Below are positions 6,285-15,820 of a stretch of 23,281 bases of DNA, piece after piece. This DNA comes from Candidatus Poseidoniaceae archaeon (lineage in GTDB: Archaea; Thermoplasmatota; Poseidoniia; Poseidoniales; Poseidoniaceae): contig CBFIJH010000019.1 in the NCBI GenBank assembly GCA_965662895.1, positions 1-23,281 of the forward strand, given 5' to 3'. The position numbers and the translations under genes were made by a program. The notes under the pieces are model-generated. The model was not told the origin of the DNA. It searched no databases and saw only the letters and a program-made list of their open reading frames with translations. How positions within the stretch are numbered: position 1 is the first letter of the stretch; the number at the start of each line of letters is the position of its first letter.

Positions 6285-8376
6285 GGGAACGACCTTGGCG
6301 AATGTCAATTCGTTTTGACGTTCGTTTCTTCGATTGGCGCTGCTTTGGTTGAGATGTTTTCTTTTCACCCGAACCAAGACTGGCAATACCCCCTTTTGAG
6401 AGCAAGGCATCAAGTTCATTCAACGAAATTGAATCGCCGCTTGATGCCTTCTGACGAACCTCATTGATGTTGACTTCAGGGGCCCTCCTCCGCGTTCTTC
6501 GTGATTGAGGACTTGTTGTTCGTCGCTTTTGATTTCGATTGTTCTTCGATGAAATCCGTTGCCAAGCTTCCAAACGTCCTATTTCGCGACGGAGTTCGTG
6601 TTTTGTGGAGTATTGTTGATTGATGGAACGCTGAAGCAACTTGGCATTTTTCTGGAATTCCTTAACCGACTTTGGATTGAGGTGAACGCCTTCAAGAGCA
6701 GGGTTGCTTTCAGTCAGTTTGACAAGAACGTCTTCCTCTCGTTTTCTTGTTTTCTTTAGAGCTCGGTATTCCTCGTTTTGTTCACGTCGCAATCGAATGA
6801 AATCTTGATGAGCTTCATTGGATTGAAGCGATGCTTGGTACATCGCTTGCAGTTCAAAGAAATATGCAAAATCGCCTCGTTCAACACCGAGTGTTGGTGC
6901 ATTGAAGATGTCGACTTCTGCGGTCAATTTTTCGAAGATCCGAACCATTTCTTGGTGAATCCGTTTTGTCGGGATTGCAATACGTTGGTTGATTCCATCG
7001 CGAACTTCGCGTAACTCCTGGACTTTCATGCTTAATGGACGTAGTTCAGCAAGGATTTGTTGCCGATCGGAGCGAACGTTTCTCGTTTCACGAAGGCCAC
7101 CTCGAAGGAGTTCCAAAAGTTCCTTTGAATTTTGGCGCTCTTCGACAAGTTCTCGTATTTGTTTTTCGACATCCTCAAGCGATGTTCTCAATTCCTCAAG
7201 GCGGGTTGCGATTTCATCGCTGGATGTTTTTCGCAAATCGTGGAAAAGATCCTCGGGTTCTTCATTGACTTCGACCAATGGCTCGCATATATCCTGCCAA
7301 GAATTCCCTTCAGAAAGCATGTGAATGGCGCGCATGAATTCATTTTGAATCGACATCGCCCCTTCTGCTCGAACCACTCGTGAGAGATCGTGACCATGAT
7401 CAAATGGATCTTCAATTGGCATCACGTGTTGCATGCGTCCATCGTCGGCACCAGTAACGACTTCAAGTGGAAGCGGGCCAACGTGTTGCCATTTCTTTTG
7501 TTTGGTAGAGAGATGGGCCCCATTGCGAATCGAGACGACCATCGCTTCCCAATCCCAACGAGTTGCAAATCGGTCGAAGAAACCAATCAACAGCGATGCA
7601 AGCGACATTGTGTTTTTGGTATCGTACGCATCATCGTTAAATCCAACATCGAAGGTCTTGCCATGGAATGTTAAGGGCTTCTTGTTGTGGTTTTCTTGCC
7701 TGTTTGGAACGAGCGGAGGTTGAACAATCTGCGCGTATTGAATCGCCAGTAGAGTCCATGCATAGGACGACAATGTTCCTTCGAAGGCATTGTTGATTCC
7801 TCTTCTGCTTGCCCAATACTTGATCATTTGAACCAGAAGACGTAGCCGTTCCTCCTGAGCGTAAGATTTGAGCATCATTGAATTGTAGATTGCAAGACGG
7901 TTGTCAAGTGAGATGTCCACATCCAAACCTGAGCGAGGGTCGCGGAACTTGATGATTGGAATCCTTGCTTTTGGGATGAGTTGAATGTCATCCATCCCTT
8001 CCTCTTGCAGAACACCTGACAATTTTCGCAAGACTTTTTGCGGTGTTTTCTTTTTGAATGAAAGGCAAAGATCGAGATCGCCCGTTCCGATGGATAGATT
8101 GGTTACACTCGAACCAAAAGGTTCAACCACGGAATTTTTGCCAAATCGACGGAAAATAACGCCCTTTAGGTGCTTTGTAAGTGATTCCCGACTTTTCGAT
8201 TTTGCATCCCCAATTCGCTTGATAACGTTGTTCAAGTCCGATTCAAGCTTTTGCAAATAGTTCTCATCAATTGAATCCAAGTCAGGGATTTCGATGTCTT
8301 CGAGGAGATGTTTGTAGAGATAAGGCCAGCGATCTTGTTGATCCTTTGACAACCCAGTTGTTGTGCAGACGCTCAC
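6259..8376 (-). CDS. Cid1/TUTase-like non-canonical poly(U/A) polymerase fused to a COG1340-like coiled-coil
   Basis: PFGSS...GDLDL, ARIPIIKF, DVDIS.DN.LAIYNS.ML, IKYWA..RGIN....GTLSSYAWTLL and PAP-associated IEDPFDHGHDLSR. About 300-aa coiled-coil C-terminus ending SGDSISLNELDALL plus basic tails. Confidence 0.88.
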   Translation of the reverse strand: MSVCTTTGLSKDQQDRWPYLYKHLLEDIEIPDLDSIDENYLQKLESDLNNVIKRIGDAKSKSRESLTKHLKGVIFRRFGKNSVVEPFGSSVTNLSIGTGDLDLCLSFKKKTPQKVLRKLSGVLQEEGMDDIQLIPKARIPIIKFRDPRSGLDVDISLDNRLAIYNSMMLKSYAQEERLRLLVQMIKYWASRRGINNAFEGTLSSYAWTLLAIQYAQIVQPPLVPNRQENHNKKPLTFHGKTFDVGFNDDAYDTKNTMSLASLLIGFFDRFATRWDWEAMVVSIRNGAHLSTKQKKWQHVGPLPLEVVTGADDGRMQHVMPIEDPFDHGHDLSRVVRAEGAMSIQNEFMRAIHMLSEGNSWQDICEPLVEVNEEPEDLFHDLRKTSSDEIATRLEELRTSLEDVEKQIRELVEERQNSKELLELLRGGLRETRNVRSDRQQILAELRPLSMKVQELREVRDGINQRIAIPTKRIHQEMVRIFEKLTAEVDIFNAPTLGVERGDFAYFFELQAMYQASLQSNEAHQDFIRLRREQNEEYRALKKTRKREEDVLVKLTESNPALEGVHLNPKSVKEFQKNAKLLQRSINQQYSTKHELRREIGRLEAWQRISSKNNRNQKRRTTSPQSRRTRRRAPEVNINEVRQKASSGDSISLNELDALLSKGGIASLGSGEKKTSQPKQRQSKKRTSKRIDIRQGRSRGRKQSRK

Positions 8377-9239
8377 TCTTCCTCGCCTCCACCCTGTTCT
8401 TGCTGACGACGCTCACGTGCTAAGGCCCGAGTCGACTTTCCTCCATCTCGAACCCTCTCTGCATCAGCCATCAGTTCGTGGTAGCCTTGTTCGATGCAAT
8501 TGTTCCAAAATTCGATACCTCGCTGGCTTTCGTCAAGAGCTTGTGCAAGACGTGTTGTTCTTGCATCAGCATGCTTCCGCTTCTGTTCGTTTTCGATATA
8601 AGTGTCGTGAAAAATCTGGTTCTCATCGTGCAATTGAACCATTGCTTGATGCGCTTTGTCTGCTGTTTCAAGAAGTTGCTTTGCTTGTTCTCGAAGCTCT
8701 TTCATTTGATTGATTTGAGCAAATTTTTCCTTTCGATTGCCAACCCACTCTTCATGTTCCCGAATGAGATTTTTCATTTGGTTGAGTGTTGAACGTTCAT
8801 CGACATGGGTGCCCCAGTTGGTTTGCAGTGAAAGGTCGAGGGCATCGAGTCTTTGCTGCAATCGCTCTCTCGCCCATTCTGGATCAGGGTTTGAATCCCC
8901 TTTTTTGGCGGGTGTTGACTGTCGGATTTCGTTTGCTTCCATGAAGAGCAATTTTGCTTTTGCTTGTGCCGTATTTCGTTCTTTCTTCAATGATGCAACT
9001 TTTCTGTTGACCTCGTCGCGCTTGCTCTTGGCGGCACGAGCCATTGCTGCAGCCTCGGTAAGTTCATCACTACGGGCATCGAGTTGCTCGGGAATTTCAG
9101 CTGCAAGACGTTCTCTTCGGTGAAGGATGGCTTTGCCTAAAAACTCGGGCGTGATTGCCAAGAGTTCCTCAGGCGTCATGTATTCGACCCACCCTGCTTC
9201 CTTCAATAAACCTCCCGTCATGCCTCTGTTCGACATCAT
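8373..9239 (-). CDS. Archaeal coiled-coil protein (COG1340-like)
   Basis: KRDEVN..V..LK.ERN and ADKAHQ repeats; stop overlaps the next start (GTGA). Start probably ATG 9239 (GGAGG upstream) or 9221. Confidence 0.78.
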   Translation of the reverse strand: MMSNRGMTGGLLKEAGWVEYMTPEELLAITPEFLGKAILHRRERLAAEIPEQLDARSDELTEAAAMARAAKSKRDEVNRKVASLKKERNTAQAKAKLLFMEANEIRQSTPAKKGDSNPDPEWARERLQQRLDALDLSLQTNWGTHVDERSTLNQMKNLIREHEEWVGNRKEKFAQINQMKELREQAKQLLETADKAHQAMVQLHDENQIFHDTYIENEQKRKHADARTTRLAQALDESQRGIEFWNNCIEQGYHELMADAERVRDGGKSTRALARERRQQEQGGGEEE

Positions 9240-9270
9240 GCTCAAAAACCTCCATTGTTTCAAGGTCGTT

Positions 9271-11409
9271 ATGGAAGGGTTTCGCAATCCAATTCCAACC
9301 ACGTTCCTGGTTGGTTTGCTTTTGTGTTCTCTTCTCTCAGTACCTGTTGTTCAAGCCGATACGTCCACCAATGTGCAATTCGTTGGTCCGAATGCTTTGA
9401 CCTACTCCGGAGCAGATCAATTTGGAACACTTACCCTCAATTCTTCCGTTCGGCAAGGCGATTTCCTCCAACTTGAAATCCCGGTTGAGAACATCGGTTC
9501 GACTGCAGAAAGTGCCTCGATTGTTCTCCAAGTTTCTCAAGAAACCTGGAACGAAACGATGCAATTCGAGAATGTTTCCATCCAAGGAATGAGTACGCAC
9601 GTGTTCTCTTATCTCTCATCCGTGCACGTTCTCGAGGGTTTGCTTGAGGTTTCGATGACATTGAACAACACACCATTGTCACTTAATGACTCAATTCAGG
9701 TGGGTCCACCACCCCTGCCAAATGTTCACGTCGCCCTTGAACTGTTGACATCAACATACGATGCCGGCGATACGATTCAATTCAATCTTACATCAAGCAA
9801 CATGGAAGGGGAGCGAGCTTTCAACGGAAGGCTTCGTTGCGATTTCTTGAATGAAGAAGTCTACAATGAAACCTTGACCATCGATATCGGTCAGGAAAAC
9901 ACAGATGTTCTCTCATTAAACGCGAGACCTGGGGTCTTAGAGTGTGAACTTGCCGGCGATCGGAATCAATCGATTCAAACCCAAACAATCTTCTCACTGG
10001 ACGACCTGCAGGCTGCTGAGTTTGCACAAGCTGGCTCAAGCGGTTTCACAATTCTTGGAGGCCCGCATCACGCTGGTGATGATGTCGAAGTATCTGTCAT
10101 TCTGCGAAATCAAGGAGATGCATCGGGTTCTGCGCGATTGCATGTGAATTTGGATGGTGTGGAAAAAACCAGCAATCTTCTCAACCTTGATGCAGGTTCT
10201 GCAGGTGAGTTGCGACTTACATTTGAAGACTTGAACGAGGGCAATCATGGAATAACTTGGTCGATTGTATCATCGGATGGAATTGTTGCTTCCCATCTTA
10301 GCGGTACGGATACCCTCTCAGTTTTACCTTCACAGGATATGTACGTTGAACTTGAAGCAGAACAAACCGAAAACGGTGTGCAATTAAGTTGGAACGTTTC
10401 GATTACAAATGGACCCGATCGAGAGGTGAAATTGCGCTATGGTTATCGCGTTTCGGGTACCGATGTTTACGTTAACGAACAAACAGTAACGTTGGGTTCT
10501 GGTACGCTTACTGGTCAAACAGCGCTCGGTGATGTTTCCTCAGATACAGTTGTCATGCGAATGGAACCGGTAGGATGGACGGCCTCTTCGAACAGTTACA
10601 TCGCAAGTGCAACGTTCGTGACAAGTGATGTCGACTATTCGATTGAAATCGACCCGATAACGCTTCCAAGAGAACCCATTGAAGGAGATGACATGACGGT
10701 AACCATCATGCTTGCCAATGCTGGTTCCTCACAGGGCCCCTCAGGGATGTTGTATCTGACAGATAGCGATGGCTATGTGTTTGGAAAACTCTCGACTGAG
10801 CCAGTGGGTGCAAGTTCATCTCGAAATGTTGATGTTACATTCAAGGTTCCAAAAGGAAATGAAATCCTTCTAACAGCGGAATGGAGATTCGATTCATTGT
10901 CCATTGAGGATGAATTAAGCATACTCGTTTCGGCTCAAATCACGGACGATGAAGGAATGGAACTTCCGTTTGCGGCAATCGGAAGCGGGATTGCCATCGC
11001 TTGTTTCATCATCTTCGTTCTTCACCTGCGTCGTGGTACATCAGAGACATCCGAATCGAAGACTCCAAAGAAGAAAAAGGATGCAAAAAAGGTAGAGAAA
11101 AACGTCGAGCCAGTGGAAAAATCGTGCCCAGCATGTGAACGAACCTTACGCATACCTGGCGACTACTCAGGAGCAGTACGGTGTCCTGATTGTGCAGAGA
11201 AGTTTCATGTTGAAGCCGAAGATTCGTTTGATCTTGATGAAGAACTTGATGCGATGGACGAACCAGAGGATTCGACGCCTCCTGTGGTCGAACAAAAAGT
11301 TGAGATTTCCTGTCCTGAGTGCTCGTCCAAACTACGTGTTCCATCCAACTACAAAGGTTCAGTTCGCTGTCCGTCGTGTTCGAATGTGTTTTCGGCTGCC
11401 CAAGGATGA
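9271..11409 (+). CDS. Single-pass surface protein with CARDB/Ig-like domains and two cytoplasmic C4 zinc ribbons
   Basis: Signal peptide ending VVQA; Ig-like repeats (V.N.G motifs); TM FAAIGSGIAIACFIIFVL; CPAC..CPDC and CPEC..CPSC. Start set at ATG 9271. Confidence 0.8.
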   Translation: MEGFRNPIPTTFLVGLLLCSLLSVPVVQADTSTNVQFVGPNALTYSGADQFGTLTLNSSVRQGDFLQLEIPVENIGSTAESASIVLQVSQETWNETMQFENVSIQGMSTHVFSYLSSVHVLEGLLEVSMTLNNTPLSLNDSIQVGPPPLPNVHVALELLTSTYDAGDTIQFNLTSSNMEGERAFNGRLRCDFLNEEVYNETLTIDIGQENTDVLSLNARPGVLECELAGDRNQSIQTQTIFSLDDLQAAEFAQAGSSGFTILGGPHHAGDDVEVSVILRNQGDASGSARLHVNLDGVEKTSNLLNLDAGSAGELRLTFEDLNEGNHGITWSIVSSDGIVASHLSGTDTLSVLPSQDMYVELEAEQTENGVQLSWNVSITNGPDREVKLRYGYRVSGTDVYVNEQTVTLGSGTLTGQTALGDVSSDTVVMRMEPVGWTASSNSYIASATFVTSDVDYSIEIDPITLPREPIEGDDMTVTIMLANAGSSQGPSGMLYLTDSDGYVFGKLSTEPVGASSSRNVDVTFKVPKGNEILLTAEWRFDSLSIEDELSILVSAQITDDEGMELPFAAIGSGIAIACFIIFVLHLRRGTSETSESKTPKKKKDAKKVEKNVEPVEKSCPACERTLRIPGDYSGAVRCPDCAEKFHVEAEDSFDLDEELDAMDEPEDSTPPVVEQKVEISCPECSSKLRVPSNYKGSVRCPSCSNVFSAAQG

Positions 11410-11446
11410 GAGAAACCCTTGAATTTCAGGACGATGAGCATTGCCC

Positions 11447-12115
11447 ATGGCGGGGCATTTTCAAGAATTTGAAGATGAATACCTCGAGACCATGTATGAA
11501 TTCTATGAAAACGATGAAACATCAAGGGTAAGAACCGGTGATTTGGCTGAAAGGCTTGGTGTTTCTCCGGCTTCTGCAACAGAAATGATGCAGCGATTGT
11601 CTGCAAAAGGCTTCATTGATTATCAGCGTTACAAAGGTGCAAAACTCACCCAGAAAGGACTCGAGCATGGCCAGATGATGAAACGCCGTCATCGTCTTGC
11701 TGAAGTGTTGTTGAATCGAATTCCGTTCGATGGTAACACGCATGAGACCGCTTGCCGGCTTGAACATGCCATCGACGATGATCTGGAAGTTGCGTTGACC
11801 GTACTCCTTGGCGACCCACAATACGACCCCAGTGGCCGAATCATACCAAAATCTGGTGCGCATCTTGAACGCCGCATTCAAACAGTGCAGCATTCTCATG
11901 CACGGTTATCGGATCTTGCAACGAATGAGTCTGGAACAACCAAAGGACTTCTCTTGTCAGAATCGCTCAAGTCGATTCTTGGCGATTCGATTGGCCTCGG
12001 GACGGTTATCAAATCCAACGGCAATGGAGTCTACTCAATCGACAACAAAGACCTTGTTTTGGATGAGGCGATAGCCAACGACATCATCGTGGAACGTCAG
12101 TCCAATGAGAATTGA
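11447..12115 (+). CDS. DtxR/MntR-family metal-dependent transcriptional regulator
   Basis: EDEYLETMY, DLAERLGVSPASATEM HTH, RRHRLAEVLL, ACRLEH, DPSGRIIP and a degenerate FeoA-like tail. Confidence 0.92.
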   Translation: MAGHFQEFEDEYLETMYEFYENDETSRVRTGDLAERLGVSPASATEMMQRLSAKGFIDYQRYKGAKLTQKGLEHGQMMKRRHRLAEVLLNRIPFDGNTHETACRLEHAIDDDLEVALTVLLGDPQYDPSGRIIPKSGAHLERRIQTVQHSHARLSDLATNESGTTKGLLLSESLKSILGDSIGLGTVIKSNGNGVYSIDNKDLVLDEAIANDIIVERQSNEN

Positions 12116-13674
12116 ATGTTTTCGACGATTCGGCCCCGAATCCTTTTGAGTTCAATCAGCAAGGACTTTGTGTGAGCGAGACGACTGTTGAAGCCCCCTC
12201 CGAGGACATTGCCTCTTCGTTGTTTGAGCGCGAACGCATACTGCTCTCCATCGACAATCAGCTCATTTCTCTTGGATTGCGCCTCACGCTGCTCCTTCCT
12301 GCCTTTTGCTTGTTCATTCTTCTCGGGGCATGGGCTTACGAAGATGCCGATCCAAACTGGTGGGAATCGAGCATTGAGCCGTCCTTGGGACTTTCATTTA
12401 GCGCGACCTTGTTGTTGCTTGGAACGGTCGTTGGAATTGGATGGTTGCTCGCGCTAGGCCTTCACCGCTACCGTATCGCACTTTCGTATTCCTCTTTCGT
12501 GCATGAGGTCGAGGCTTCATCGAAACGCCATCAGAGTATCGAGGCGCTCCATGGTTACGATGGAATGGCGCATCGGATTCACAAACAACTGCGAATGCAC
12601 TCGCTCTCTTTTTCCACAGTGCTCCTCAGTTGCATTGGACTTGGAATCGTTCTGCTTATTGGTTTGGATACGTCACTCGGTGAGAATGTCTTTTTAGCAT
12701 CATGGGGAATGCTCCTCCTTGCTGTTGGGTTTCACATGAACACTCGACAAAACAGGTTCAATATGGTCCACAAATCCGGATTGTTGGATGCCTTTGAACC
12801 TCCTGTTCATCCTTCAACGTTGGATGGCGTTTTTGACGATATGATTCGTACGCATCTTGATCCATTGCTTCGCTCAAAATACGATGATTTGATGCGAACG
12901 GTTCAAGGACATGTCCGACGAGGAATCAAGCATGATTTCGCACGAGAAAAAGTTCTGATGACACTGTATCACCACTACAATGGAATGGATTCCAAGACGG
13001 TCCGTCTTGAGTTGGAGGAAGTGCTCAAAGAAGAAGGAGCGGACGTTCTGTTGGCTGAAGATTCGTTCAACCTCGAGCTTTGGCTTGAACTGATTGAACA
13101 TGCGCAACAGCAATGCCCTGCGTTTTTCCGCTTAATTGACCGCATTGAGCAGGACATGCAATTTGGACGCCCACCTGCATTGAAGGATTTGGTTTTCGAA
13201 GTTGATTTGGAAAACGTTGTAACAAAACGAGCGAACCTGTTCGTCTTTATGCACAACCTGTCCAAGAAAAGAAAAACGGTTGTGTTTCGCGTCCAGTCAC
13301 CCGATTTTAGGCCAAACCAACTCGCCATGCGATACGATTTAGCCCCTGGAAAAGAAGTATGGTGGTCTTCTGATTCATTACCGATTGCGATCGAAGGCAA
13401 CGAGGATGTACTCGGAAAAATGACTGGCTTGCTGCGTGATGGAACCATGGCCTGGCAAACGCTCCTGCCCGAACGATTCGGAGAAGCGACGGTTTCGGTT
13501 CGGCTGGAAGAGGTGAGCGGAGATCTTCTGATTGGACGTCAAATTAACGTGAACGTTCGTAACGAATTCCGTCGTCGTTTGCGTCGCATCGTGACATTAT
13601 CCACCCAGGTAATGGGGACCTTTGTCATCACCTTGGCGACAGTGCTTGAACTGCTCGAAATTTTCAACGTTTGA
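12112..13674 (+). CDS. Multi-pass membrane protein of unknown function
   Basis: Four N-terminal TM helices, large soluble region, C-terminal TM helix; TTGA overlap with the DtxR stop. Confidence 0.75.
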   Translation: MNVFDDSAPNPFEFNQQGLCVSETTVEAPSEDIASSLFERERILLSIDNQLISLGLRLTLLLPAFCLFILLGAWAYEDADPNWWESSIEPSLGLSFSATLLLLGTVVGIGWLLALGLHRYRIALSYSSFVHEVEASSKRHQSIEALHGYDGMAHRIHKQLRMHSLSFSTVLLSCIGLGIVLLIGLDTSLGENVFLASWGMLLLAVGFHMNTRQNRFNMVHKSGLLDAFEPPVHPSTLDGVFDDMIRTHLDPLLRSKYDDLMRTVQGHVRRGIKHDFAREKVLMTLYHHYNGMDSKTVRLELEEVLKEEGADVLLAEDSFNLELWLELIEHAQQQCPAFFRLIDRIEQDMQFGRPPALKDLVFEVDLENVVTKRANLFVFMHNLSKKRKTVVFRVQSPDFRPNQLAMRYDLAPGKEVWWSSDSLPIAIEGNEDVLGKMTGLLRDGTMAWQTLLPERFGEATVSVRLEEVSGDLLIGRQINVNVRNEFRRRLRRIVTLSTQVMGTFVITLATVLELLEIFNV

Positions 13675-13725
13675 AGCGGAGAATGCAAGCCATAGGTTTG
13701 AAATGCAAAACCACTACGCAGTGGT

Positions 13726-14733
13726 ATGTTGGGTTCCAAGGACCAAGCAGAAGAACGTCCAGATGCGGACTTGCGTGACCGCCTCCACGCAATGGAGGCA
13801 AAAGTCCGAAAGCTGCGAGAAGTCCGCAACAATTTCAGTTCAGATGCACGTTCTGCTGCTGAACAACGAAATGCCGTGCAGGCTCAATACAAAGAGCATC
13901 GAGAAAAGGTCGATGTCGTCCTTGCAGAAGTCAAGGCCATCCGCAGTGAAATTCGCATCTTTAAGGAAAAGCGAAATGCGATTCAGGACCAAATCAAAAC
14001 CATCATTGGTCAGGCCAAAGGACGCCGTGGCGAAAAGAACGAGAAAAAGAGTGCCACCGCTGAACATGCGCAACTCAAGCGTGACGTCGCGCAACTTGAG
14101 AATCTCTACAATACCTCGGCAATGGGTCCAAAGAAAGAAAAAGAAACGATGGAGAAAATCAAGAACATGCATCGTCGAATTCAAGAATTGGCTCCGGATG
14201 TCGAAGCATTTGAACTGGTCGCTGTTGATCTCGATGACCTCGACTCTGCCATCAAGACACTCAAGGCAGAAGCCGATGCAGCCCACCAAGCCATGCTCGA
14301 AGCTGTAGGTCGTGCCGATGAAAAGTCAAAAGAAGTGGACGAGGCGTTCGCACATCGTGATTTCCTCAAAGCAGAGGGTGACCGCCATCACAACGAATAC
14401 GTCGCACTACGAGCAAAAGCCGATGAGACGCACGCAAAAATCGATGAGATGATGACGGATGTCAACAAGGTTCGAGATGAATTGAACATGGCACGTGAAG
14501 AGAGGAAATCTTGGATGACGGAGCACAACAACGCAGTTACAAAGAGCCTCAAAACCGGGGCGGAGTCGGAAGAAGTTGCTGATGAACTGATTAGCAGTCT
14601 CCTAAGTGAAGGAACACTTACGTTCGGAGGAATGGGTCAAGAAGAGACAACGGGCGACAACACTCCACGACGTGGTGGAAAGAAGAAGAAGATGGGCCGA
14701 ATCGACATGTCGGCTGGTCGTCGTCGACGATGA
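13726..14733 (+). CDS. Archaeal coiled-coil protein (COG1340-like)
   Basis: RN-repeat heptads, T..MGPKKEKE.MEKI, ADAAHQ/GDRHH/ADETH repeats, basic tail. Confidence 0.8.
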   Translation: MLGSKDQAEERPDADLRDRLHAMEAKVRKLREVRNNFSSDARSAAEQRNAVQAQYKEHREKVDVVLAEVKAIRSEIRIFKEKRNAIQDQIKTIIGQAKGRRGEKNEKKSATAEHAQLKRDVAQLENLYNTSAMGPKKEKETMEKIKNMHRRIQELAPDVEAFELVAVDLDDLDSAIKTLKAEADAAHQAMLEAVGRADEKSKEVDEAFAHRDFLKAEGDRHHNEYVALRAKADETHAKIDEMMTDVNKVRDELNMAREERKSWMTEHNNAVTKSLKTGAESEEVADELISSLLSEGTLTFGGMGQEETTGDNTPRRGGKKKKMGRIDMSAGRRRR

Positions 14734-15767
14734 TTGACATGCTTGGCATCATCATGGCAGGTGGGCAAGGTTCGCGATTGCGACCGATTACGGATGTTCG
14801 CCCAAAACCCATGGTCGAAGTACTCGGTCGTCCGGTCATTGATTTTGTCAAAGATTCGATGATCGCTGGTGGGGTAACGAACATTGTTGTCACAACGGGA
14901 TACAAAGGCGAAATGCTTGCTGACCATGTTGCTGGGTGGAACACGAACGGCTGTCAGGCACGCATTAATCAGGAACGAACTCCAATGGGAACGGCTGGAA
15001 GCGTTCGATTATTGCTTGATGAAATCAAAGAGACCGTCATTATTGGTTCCGGCGATTCTGTTGCTTCCTTCGATATTTCTGCACTGCTCGAAGCCCATAA
15101 ACGCAGTGGAGCAAAAGCGACGATGGCATTGTGGGAAGTCGAAGATCCGAGCCCGTTTGGTATCGTTGGTTTGTCATCCTCAGTTGATGGAGAAATCGAT
15201 GGAAATCTTCGCGAGGGATACATTCGACGATTCAAAGAAAAACCCACCCGTCAAGAAGCCTTCAGTAATGTGATTAATGCTGGACTGTACATCCTCGAAC
15301 CCGAGGTTATGGCACTCGTGCCTGAAGGTGAGAAGTACGACTTCTCCAAGAATCTCTTTCCACGACTGCTTGAAATGGGTTGGCCGATGTATGCTCAGGC
15401 CATCAACGGCGTTTGGTTTGATGTTGGTTCGCCGCAGGAATTGATTCGTGCTCAAAACGTACTCGTCGAGCGAAGAAAAGAACTTCCATTTCCTTTACCA
15501 GAAGGAATCCGAATTGAGAACGGTTCGTTTCTCCATCCGAGTGCTCGAGTCTCTGAGAGTTCAAACGTTCAGAAATCGGTCATTGCCCAACAAGCAACCG
15601 TCGGTGAAAATGTTGTGCTCAAACATTGCGTCTTGATGAACGGTTCAACTGTGGAAGCTGGAGCGAAGTTGGAAAATTGCATCCTTTCACCCGGGGCTGT
15701 TGTTGCAGCCAATTCTACAGCAACCGACGTAATTCTGGGTGATCGAGAACGTTTTGAAAATGTTTGA
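14730..15767 (+). CDS. NDP-sugar pyrophosphorylase (mannose-1-phosphate guanylyltransferase/GCD1-like)
   Basis: IMAGGQGSRLRPIT..RPKPM, MGTAGS, FKEKP, INAGLY, WFDVG and a C-terminal hexapeptide beta-helix. Confidence 0.9.
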   Translation: MIDMLGIIMAGGQGSRLRPITDVRPKPMVEVLGRPVIDFVKDSMIAGGVTNIVVTTGYKGEMLADHVAGWNTNGCQARINQERTPMGTAGSVRLLLDEIKETVIIGSGDSVASFDISALLEAHKRSGAKATMALWEVEDPSPFGIVGLSSSVDGEIDGNLREGYIRRFKEKPTRQEAFSNVINAGLYILEPEVMALVPEGEKYDFSKNLFPRLLEMGWPMYAQAINGVWFDVGSPQELIRAQNVLVERRKELPFPLPEGIRIENGSFLHPSARVSESSNVQKSVIAQQATVGENVVLKHCVLMNGSTVEAGAKLENCILSPGAVVAANSTATDVILGDRERFENV

Positions 15768-15820
15768 AATATGAAGAATGTCGGCATTGATTTCTAATAC
15801 CCTTGGAGCGTGAACAAAAC

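Noticed and set aside
6259-8376. CBASS CD-NTase, CCA-adding enzyme or MNT antitoxin
   Set aside because: GTLSSY and IEDPF motifs are TRF4/Cid1-type; no CBASS effector or HEPN partner is adjacent.
9127-9302. Apparent 175-bp head-to-head overlap of two genes
   Set aside because: Artefact of longest-ORF calling; starts at 9239 (-) and 9271 (+) remove the overlap and expose a signal peptide.
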